A DNA stretch of 64,000 nt from an uncultured Planctomycetota bacterium (GTDB lineage: Bacteria; Planctomycetota; Planctomycetia; Isosphaerales; Isosphaeraceae). The DNA lies in contig CAVTTN010000002.1 of the NCBI GenBank assembly GCA_963737655.1, forward strand, positions 2,208,001 through 2,272,000, in the 5' to 3' direction. This document shows positions 56,929 to 64,000 of this stretch, in pieces. A program made the translations under genes and the position numbers. The first letter of the stretch is position 1; every line of letters starts with the position of its first letter. Below the pieces are notes generated by a model. It had not been told where the DNA came from. It did no database searches and saw only the letters and a program-made list of their open reading frames with translations.

Positions 56929-57843
56929 ATGAGAAATTGGAATCGAACTTCCCTGGCGGCCGGAATCGTCCTGGCGACCGCCGGGCTGGCGACGGCCCAG
57001 GTGGCGGTTCAGCCGGCGACGGCCCCCGTGGCCGCCCGGCCCGCCGTCGAGCTCAGGCCGGGCGACCTGCCCGGACCGATTGACAACCTCCAGGATTTGC
57101 AAGACACCGGCAAGATGCTCTTCAAGCTCGCCGACACGAACAACGACGGCCTGGTCTCGCAGAAAGAGGCCGTCGATGCGGGCAACCTGCTCGTCGGCGG
57201 CTTCTTCTTCCGAGCCGACCAGAACGGCGACGGCACCCTCAGCCCCGAGGAGGCGAAGCAGGCCCGAGAGGCCCTCTTCGCCCAGCAACCGCTGCTCCGT
57301 TACGTGCTGAACAAGGGCAAGGCCGCCGCGACCGCCTCGGGCGCCAACGCCAACGCGACCAACCCCGGCCAGGCCATCATGAGCCTGCTCGATACCAACA
57401 ACGACAAGCAGATTCAGGCGACCGAGCTCCGCCAGGCCGTCCAGACGACCGTCCAGGGCGTGTTCGCCACGGCCGACACCAACCGAGACGGCCAGCTCAG
57501 CCCCACCGAGATCAACGCCGCCATGGTCGGCATGGCGCGGACCGCCGCCCAGGCCGCCTTCCAGCAGGCCGACGCCGACCACAACGGCCAGCTCAGCCGC
57601 GAGGAGTTCGACAAGGCGATCATCGAGCCGGCCAACATGGTCTTCGCCGTCCTCGACGCCAACGGAGACGGCCAGATCACCGAACAGGAAGCCCAGCAAG
57701 CGCGCCAGATCGTCGCCTCGCAACTCCGCAACCTGATGATGCCCGACGCCCCTAACTCCGCCCGCAACCTGCTCCGCACCGGGGCCACCCCCGACCAGGT
57801 CGCCCCGATCCCCGCCGTCCCCATCCCGGCCCCTCGCCGGTAA
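56929..57843 (+). CDS. Secreted multi-EF-hand calcium-binding protein (6 loops)
   Basis: Signal peptide ending ATA|Q; loops DTNNDGLVSQKE, DQNGDGTLSPEE, DTNNDKQIQATE, DTNRDGQLSPTE, DADHNGQLSREE, DANGDGQITEQE. Confidence 0.92.
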   Translation: MRNWNRTSLAAGIVLATAGLATAQVAVQPATAPVAARPAVELRPGDLPGPIDNLQDLQDTGKMLFKLADTNNDGLVSQKEAVDAGNLLVGGFFFRADQNGDGTLSPEEAKQAREALFAQQPLLRYVLNKGKAAATASGANANATNPGQAIMSLLDTNNDKQIQATELRQAVQTTVQGVFATADTNRDGQLSPTEINAAMVGMARTAAQAAFQQADADHNGQLSREEFDKAIIEPANMVFAVLDANGDGQITEQEAQQARQIVASQLRNLMMPDAPNSARNLLRTGATPDQVAPIPAVPIPAPRR

Positions 57844-57849
57844 GCGGTT

Positions 57850-57902
57850 GAGGGAATGGGACCGCCAGGGCGCCAGGTTCGCCCTGGCGGTCCCATTCCC
57901 TC
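57850..57902. terminator. Long hairpin between convergent genes (probable bidirectional terminator)
   Basis: Perfect 23-bp inverted repeat GAGGGAATGGGACCGCCAGGGCG with a 7-nt loop. Confidence 0.75.
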
Positions 57903-57912
57903 GGTCGATCCC

Positions 57913-58914
57913 TCAAATCGCCGCCAGGATCGCATCCAGGACGCGCATCTGGGCCAGGCCATCCTCGGCCGGCTCGACGAGCTTGCCGTCGGCGACACTC
58001 CGGGCAAAGGCATCCACCATCGCCGCGTACTGGTTCCGGCCGTCGAAAATGATCGTCTCGGGCCCTTTCGGCTCGGCGCCCTGGGAGAGGCTCTCGGGGG
58101 CCGCGTTGATGTCTCGCGAAAGGATCGCCGCGGGCCGGTCGGGAGGCAGGTACGCATCGGGGACAACGATCGATCCCTTGGTGCCGACCAGCTCATACAC
58201 GCATCGGAACGGCTGTTCAAAGCTGCAATCAATCGATGCGACCACGTCCCCCGGGAACCGGAAAGCGATCGCCATCGAGAGGTCCACGCCCGAAGGCCCG
58301 ACGTGCGCCGTCGCGCGGACCCGATCCGGCTCGGACCCCGCGAACAGCCTCGCCGTATTCACGCCGTAGCAGCCCACGTCCCAGAGGGCGCCGCCCCCCC
58401 GGCTCCGATCGAGCCGCCAGTCGTTCATGTCAATCGGGAACGAGAATGACGACCGGACGAGCCGGAGGTCGCCGATCGTCCCCTCCTGGACCATCTTGAG
58501 GACGTCCAGGGTCCGGGGCTGGTGTCGCCACATGAACGCCTCCATCAGGAGGACGCCGCGGGACCGGCAATGCTCGACCATCGCCAGGGCATCGGCGGAA
58601 TGAAGGGCCAGCGGCTTCTCGCACAGGACGTGCTTGCCGGCGTCCGCCGCGCGGAAGACCCACTCCCGGTGCATCTCGTTCGGCAGGGGGATGTACACGG
58701 CCTGGACGTCGGGATCGGCGACCACGGCCTCATAGGAACCATGAGCGTTCGGCACGTCGAACTCTCTGGCCCACTCGCGGGCCGTCTCCGCGTTCCGGCT
58801 CCCCAGGGCGACCAGCCGGCTCCCCGACGAACCGGCGATCCCCGGAACCAACCCCCGGCGGGTGATCCGGGCACAGCCCAGGATGCCCCAATTCAGCGTG
58901 GCGGACTTGCTCAT
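57913..58914 (-). CDS. Gfo/Idh/MocA family oxidoreductase
   Basis: WGILGCARI, AVYIPLPN, GKHVLCEKP, GGGALWDVGCY. Confidence 0.95.
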   Translation of the reverse strand: MSKSATLNWGILGCARITRRGLVPGIAGSSGSRLVALGSRNAETAREWAREFDVPNAHGSYEAVVADPDVQAVYIPLPNEMHREWVFRAADAGKHVLCEKPLALHSADALAMVEHCRSRGVLLMEAFMWRHQPRTLDVLKMVQEGTIGDLRLVRSSFSFPIDMNDWRLDRSRGGGALWDVGCYGVNTARLFAGSEPDRVRATAHVGPSGVDLSMAIAFRFPGDVVASIDCSFEQPFRCVYELVGTKGSIVVPDAYLPPDRPAAILSRDINAAPESLSQGAEPKGPETIIFDGRNQYAAMVDAFARSVADGKLVEPAEDGLAQMRVLDAILAAI

Positions 58915-58984
58915 GATGGCGCTCCTGGCTCGAAGGAGTTGTCAGTTGGGGAGTTGTCTGAGGCCCGTGGTCGGCGACGAAGGG

Positions 58985-59137
58985 TCGCTTCGACCCTGCG
59001 AGTAGGAACGCCGTCTTCGACGCTCCGCGTCATCATCGGCCGGGCGTTGCGAGGAGCTCATCGGGTGTCGGCGTCAAGGTTTCGTCCGGCTCGCGGTGCG
59101 TGCGAGACGGTATTCTCGCGCGGAGCGTCGAAACGAG
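58985..59137. repeat. Degenerate REP-doublet/REPIN-like intergenic element
   Basis: 14-bp inverted repeat TTCGACGCTCCGCG (59016-59029) / CGCGGAGCGTCGAA (59119-59132), with further imperfect symmetry on each side. Confidence 0.55.
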
Positions 59138-59175
59138 TCGTCCATGCCGAACAGGGACCCCCGAGATCTGCCCGT

Positions 59176-60123
59176 TCAGTACGATGGCTTGTACTGATCC
59201 ACGTTTTTCTTGGAAATCACAGGCAACGGGGTAATCACATCTTTGGTTGGAGGCTTCGCCGCGAGGAGGTCGGCGGCGGCTTTGACGGCCAAACGGCCCT
59301 GTTCGTCGGCGTCTTGCAAGATCGTGGCCGTCATCGTGCCGCCCCGGATGGCCTCGAACGCGCCCTTCGTCCCATTGAACCCGAAGACGGCCACGTCCTT
59401 CCAACCGGCCTCGCGGGCGACCTCGGCGGCAGGGAGCGCGAGTTCGTCGGCCTGAGCCACGATCGCCCGGATCGCCCCCGGCGAGAACCGGCGGACCAGG
59501 CCCGTCATCGTTTCTTTGGCCTTGTCTTCCTGGAAGTTCGTGTACTGATCCGCCGCGATCTGGATTTCGGGATGCGAATCGATCGCCTCATGCAGGCCCT
59601 TGCTCCGGCTGACCTGCGGGCTCGAACCGGGCGTGCCCTGGAGGTACACAATCTTGCCGCCCGAAGGCCCGAGGACCCTGAGGAGTTCCTCGCCCTGCTC
59701 CTTGCCGCCGAGGGCGTCGTCGGCCCCGACGTAGGCGACGACTTCGCCGCCGTTCACCCGACGGTTCAGGGTGATGACCGGCACCTTCGCCCGGTTCGCT
59801 TCCTCGACGGCCACCACCAGCGCGTTCTCGTCGCGAGGGCAAAGGATCAGCACATCAATCCCCGCATTCAACAGGGCCTTGACCTGCACCAGTTGCTTCT
59901 GGTCGTCGTCCTGGCCGTCGCGGACGTCGATCGCCAGGCCCAATCGCTGGGCCTCGGCCTTCAGGCCGTCGCGTTGCGAGACGAAAAACGGATGAGAGAA
60001 CATCGGCAGGACCGCGCCGATCTTCTTCGGCTTCGGTCCCTTCGGCACGGTCCCTCCCGAGCAGCCGAGGGCCGCGACCATCAGCAAACTCAGGGCGATC
60101 CGGCGGGGCAGGGTGCGGGGCAT
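59176..60123 (-). CDS. Sugar ABC substrate-binding lipoprotein (RbsB-like, canonical order)
   Basis: Lipobox AALGC; HPFFV, VPVITLNR, VFGFNG, ATILQD. Confidence 0.9.
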   Translation of the reverse strand: MPRTLPRRIALSLLMVAALGCSGGTVPKGPKPKKIGAVLPMFSHPFFVSQRDGLKAEAQRLGLAIDVRDGQDDDQKQLVQVKALLNAGIDVLILCPRDENALVVAVEEANRAKVPVITLNRRVNGGEVVAYVGADDALGGKEQGEELLRVLGPSGGKIVYLQGTPGSSPQVSRSKGLHEAIDSHPEIQIAADQYTNFQEDKAKETMTGLVRRFSPGAIRAIVAQADELALPAAEVAREAGWKDVAVFGFNGTKGAFEAIRGGTMTATILQDADEQGRLAVKAAADLLAAKPPTKDVITPLPVISKKNVDQYKPSY

Positions 60124-60164
60124 GGTTCGGCTCGACCTGTGAGGACGTTTTGGGAGAGGACTCG

Positions 60165-61121
60165 CTACGAACGCCGGGCCAGGGCGTCGGCCGCCGCGAA
60201 CGTGAGGATCACGGCGCCTACGGCCAGGCTCCGGTACTCGTCGGGGAACCCGCTGATCGTCAGGTAAAGCCCCAGGGCCTGCAAGAGGAGGCAGCCCAGC
60301 GCCGCGCCGATCACACTGCCCGAGCCTCCTTGAAGCGATACCCCGCCGACGACGCATGCGGCGATCGAATCCAGCTCATAATTTTGTCCGACATCCGGCT
60401 TGGCCACGCGGTAATAGGCGAGGTACATGACCGCCGCCAGCCCCGCGGCCATCCCCGACAGGCCGAAGGCGACGACGCGGAGCCGGATCGTCGGCAGGCC
60501 CGAGAGCCTCGCCGCCCGGACGTTCCCGCCCACCGCATAAAGGTGCCGGCCGAACACGGAGAAGCGCAGGACGACCCACGCCGCCGCCGCCACCGCGAGG
60601 AACAACGCTCCGAGGAAGGTCACGCGAAGCCCGCCGACTTCCGCCCCCGCATTGAGCCCCACGAACCCGAACACGCGCTCGATCGGCAGCCCGCCGAGGA
60701 CCGCGAACGCCGCCCCTCGGTAGATGAGCTGCGTGCTCAATGTCGTCACGAACGGATTCGTGTTCACGGCGGCGACAAAGAATCCGTTGATCGAGCCCAG
60801 GACGAACCCCACCGCGAGGGCCGCCGGCCCCGCGGCCCACGGCGACACGCCCTTCGTCGCCGCAAGCCACGCCGCCACGGCCGCCGAGAGGGTCACGATC
60901 CGCCCTTGAGACAGGTCGAAACCGCCCCCGATCAGGACGAATGCCTGCCCGACCGCCATCACGCCGACGACGCTCCCCAGCAGGAGGACGTCGGAGACGA
61001 CCCCCGGCTTGAGGAACCCCGGAGTCCAGGCGATCGCCGCGATCCCGACGGCCGCCAAAGCCAGCCTCGGCAGAGACCGGACGGCCCAGCGGATTCGTGA
61101 TCGACCGGAAGGCATGCTCAT
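60165..61121 (-). CDS. Sugar ABC permease (RbsC-like)
   Basis: GGFDLSQG, PFVTTL, GRHLYAVGGN, YELDSIAACVVGGVSLQGG. Confidence 0.93.
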   Translation of the reverse strand: MSMPSGRSRIRWAVRSLPRLALAAVGIAAIAWTPGFLKPGVVSDVLLLGSVVGVMAVGQAFVLIGGGFDLSQGRIVTLSAAVAAWLAATKGVSPWAAGPAALAVGFVLGSINGFFVAAVNTNPFVTTLSTQLIYRGAAFAVLGGLPIERVFGFVGLNAGAEVGGLRVTFLGALFLAVAAAAWVVLRFSVFGRHLYAVGGNVRAARLSGLPTIRLRVVAFGLSGMAAGLAAVMYLAYYRVAKPDVGQNYELDSIAACVVGGVSLQGGSGSVIGAALGCLLLQALGLYLTISGFPDEYRSLAVGAVILTFAAADALARRS

Positions 61122-61128
61122 GACCCGA

Positions 61129-62382
61129 CTAATCCCTCCGCGTCGTCCCGGCCGAGGCGACCCTCTCGAAATAGTCCTTCAACTTCGGCACGCACGTCTC
61201 CAGGCTGTATTTCTCCTGGATCACGGCCCGGGCCGCCTTGCCCAGAGGGCGGTATTCGGCCGGGTCGTCCAGGACCTTCAGCGCCGTCTCGGCCAGGCGG
61301 TCGGCGTCGAACAACGGCTCGACCAGCCCGGTCTTTCCCGGTTCGATCACCTCGCGGACCGGCGGCGTGTCCGAGCCCAGGACCACGCATCCGCAGCTCA
61401 TCGCGTTGATCAGCGACCACGACAGGACGAACGGCACGGTCAAATAGAGATGCAAGTCACTCAGGCACAAAAGCTCGGCGAGGTTCTCGGGCTCGATGTG
61501 GCCGAGGTAGAGGAACCGCGATGGGTCGTTGTCGATCCGCGACTCGGCCCAGGCCTTGAAGCTGGCCTGTCCGGTGTGGAGCGCGTCCCAGCCGTAATAG
61601 ATATGTTCGGTCCCCGCGATGGCGAACACCACGTCGGGCCGGGCCCGGGCGATCCGTCGAGCGACCTTCAGGAAGATGTCGAACCCGCGGACCGACTCCA
61701 GCCCCCGGGCCACGAACGTGACCACCTTCGTGTCCGGGGGGATCGTCCGCCCGCCGATGACCCTCGGCACCTTCTTCCGAGGTCGATACAGGTGGGTGTC
61801 GATCCCGTCGAAATGCACCTCGATCTTCGAGCGGAACCGCTCGGGGAACGTGTTCCTCTGGAACTCGGTGGCCGAGTAACCGGCATCGGCGTTCACCAGC
61901 CCCATGAGGACCGGCGCGTTGATGCACTTCGGGAAGAACGGGGCCACCTCGGCCGCCGGGGGCAGGTCCACCCGGAAGGAGATGTCCGAACGCCTCTTGG
62001 CGAAGTAATATTCGCAGTAATTAATGATCGGGCAGTCCACGACCTCGGGCAGGAACGGCGTCGGCGCCCCCCGGCCGCCGTGGGCGACGACCAGGTCGGG
62101 CCGCAGGCCCGGGCGCGAGCGGATGCCCTCGAACACCGACCGGCACAGCGCGAGGAACTTGCCGTAGATCTGCGGCCAGGGCGTGGGGCGGTTGTCGCGG
62201 TCGTCGGCCGGGATCACCAGCTTGTGGATCTCCAGCCGTTCGAGCATCTCGCGGGTGGGCGTCGGGCAGGTCGAGAGGTCCTCGATCAGGAAGCTGCACC
62301 GCCACCCGTGGACCTTCGCCAACTCCAACGCCAGCCGGCCGAACTGGGCCGGGAACGCCTGGTGAATGAACAAGACATGCAT
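61129..62382 (-). CDS. GT4 glycosyltransferase (Glyco_trans_4_3-type N-terminus)
   Basis: MHVLFIHQAFPAQF, TFVARGLESVRGF, HLYLTVPFVLSWSLINAMSCG. Confidence 0.92.
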   Translation of the reverse strand: MHVLFIHQAFPAQFGRLALELAKVHGWRCSFLIEDLSTCPTPTREMLERLEIHKLVIPADDRDNRPTPWPQIYGKFLALCRSVFEGIRSRPGLRPDLVVAHGGRGAPTPFLPEVVDCPIINYCEYYFAKRRSDISFRVDLPPAAEVAPFFPKCINAPVLMGLVNADAGYSATEFQRNTFPERFRSKIEVHFDGIDTHLYRPRKKVPRVIGGRTIPPDTKVVTFVARGLESVRGFDIFLKVARRIARARPDVVFAIAGTEHIYYGWDALHTGQASFKAWAESRIDNDPSRFLYLGHIEPENLAELLCLSDLHLYLTVPFVLSWSLINAMSCGCVVLGSDTPPVREVIEPGKTGLVEPLFDADRLAETALKVLDDPAEYRPLGKAARAVIQEKYSLETCVPKLKDYFERVASAGTTRRD

Positions 62383-62417
62383 ATTTTCGATCTCGGTCGA
62401 GTGGATTCCAGGGCGGT

Positions 62418-63675
62418 TCAGACGACGGTCGAGGAGGCGAGTTCGAAGAGCATGTCCGCGAGCTTGGGGAGGCAGGCGTCCTGCGAGAATCGCTCGCGCA
62501 CGGCCCTCGCGGCGGCCTCGCCGACGGGCCGATAGGCGGCCGGGTCGTCCAGGACCCTCATGGCCGCCTCGAACGCCGCGTCGGGGTCGTCCGGCGCGAC
62601 GAGGAGGCCCGTCGCGTCGGGTTCGACGAAGTCGCGGACCGGCTCCGAGTCCCATGCCAGGAGGACCGATCCTGCCGACATCGCCTCCACCATCGACTTC
62701 GCCACCACGTACGGCCGACTTGGATAAACATGCAGATCGCTAATGCCCATCAACTCGGTCATCAGTGCCGGCGCAAGCAACCCCGGGGCCCAGAACCGCT
62801 CCGGGTCCGGCGGCGGGTCGTTCGCCAGGCATTCGGCCATATAATTGCGACCATGATGGCGGACGTCGAGCATCCGCGAGACCGAGCCCGCCCCCGCCGC
62901 GATGCACAGGACGTCCTCGCGGGTCTTCGCCAGCCGGTTGGCCAGGGCGAGGAAGCGCTCGAAGCCTCGAAGCCAGTCGGGGGCGTTGCTGGCGAACGTC
63001 ACGACCTTCGTCTCGGGCGGGATCGTCCGCCCGAAGAGCTGGCGGGGCCTCTCCTTCGGGCGGACGAATCGGCGGGCGTCCACGCCGTCATAAAGGACCG
63101 TGAACTCGTCTCGATACTCGTCGGGATAGAGCGAGTGCTGCCAGGGCGTGGGGACCCAGGCCGTCGAGTCGTTCTCCAGGTCGAGGAGGTCCATCGCGTT
63201 GGCGGCCCTCCTCCACAGGAAATACTCGGCGGGCATCTCGACGCCCGCCTCCCCGGCCAGGTCGTACTTGTGGGCCCGATAAAAATAGTCGAAATAATTG
63301 ACCCGAGGAATCCCCGGATACGAAACCGAGGCGAATAAATTCGAGCCCAGCCCGGCAGACCGGCCGAGGATCACATCGACGGGCCGGGGCCGTCGGGCGT
63401 CATAAACTTCCCAGCCTCCGTAGGCGTAGCAGAGTCCCCGTTCGAGCCCCTTTCGTCCAGGCGACGGACGGCTCGCGGGCGACCCCGCCGACGTTGAACT
63501 GGACCAGCTCGATCCCTCGGTTGACGGCCTCGGGCCAGAGGGCCGGGTCGTCGGTCTGATGGCAGTAGAAATGGATACGATAGCCCCGGCGACGGACCAG
63601 CCAATCGGCCACAAATCCAAGCCGGCCAGGGAAATACGGTTCTACAATGATCAGGCAGAGCGGGTCTTGGGGCAT
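62418..63675 (-). CDS. GT4 glycosyltransferase, divergent paralog of the downstream gene; frameshift at ~63447-63453
   Basis: IVEPYFPGRL, LYDGVD, TFASNAPDWLRGF, HVYPSRPYVVAKSMVEAMSAG. Confidence 0.85.
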
Positions 63676-64000
63676 CGGCGAAGTCGCCCGAAAAAACGAG
63701 TGCGAGAGGGCACGTCAGGGGCCGGGACGATCCCGGGCCGAAGCGGATGCGGCATCCTAGCAGATCGGAACGCGAGCGGCGACGCCCCAGCCTCGGGCAT
63801 TCGAAGGCCGACTGGCGACGGGTCGGCGGGAGTTTCCGCGGGGCCGTCCGATGCGGCACGTCGGGCTCGTGAATCGATCCTCAGGCCGGGGACTCGGCGG
63901 AAAGTCTGGCCAGGTCATTCCAGAAACCCGGATAGGTCTTCGCCACGCATCCCGGATCGAGGATCGTGACCCCGGGGACTCTCAGTCCCGCCAGGGCGAA

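Overview
High-GC Planctomycetota DNA. The 16S gene has the Pla46 site and the EUB338-II-type GGCTGCAG variant, and the window also has DUF1559, LEPR-XLL and CRTAC1 genes and a short 5S; Isosphaeraceae-like is my best guess. Contents in order: (1) 1-10.2 kb, a translationally coupled + strand operon encoding a DUF1559 pilin-like protein, four membrane-anchored TPR proteins, a CRTAC1/ASPIC-UnbV lipoprotein and a TPR-heptaheme cytochrome c. (2) 11.6-37.9 kb, an apparently complete lipopeptide cluster: MbtH, FAAL-ACP-KS-AT-KR-ACP-C-A(Orn-like)-PCP-C | A(Gly)-PCP-C | A(Thr)-PCP-C-A(basic)-PCP-TE, plus a SyrD/PvdE-type exporter, MacAB and an Sfp-type PPTase. (3) An ABC-2 permease, a sugar ABC ATPase and a circularly permuted sugar-binding lipoprotein. 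(4) A linked 16S-23S-5S operon with no spacer tRNA and a shortened 23S domain I. (5) Housekeeping and envelope genes: TlpA-TPR, MFS, MscS, CPA1 antiporter, DUF2254, YraN, EF-hand protein, Gfo/Idh/MocA, a sugar permease with its binding protein, and two GT4 glycosyltransferases. About 11 frameshifts, mostly single-base indels in short homopolymers, suggest long-read assembly error, so gene models were reconstructed across them. All assignments come from reading motifs by eye; no database searches were run.
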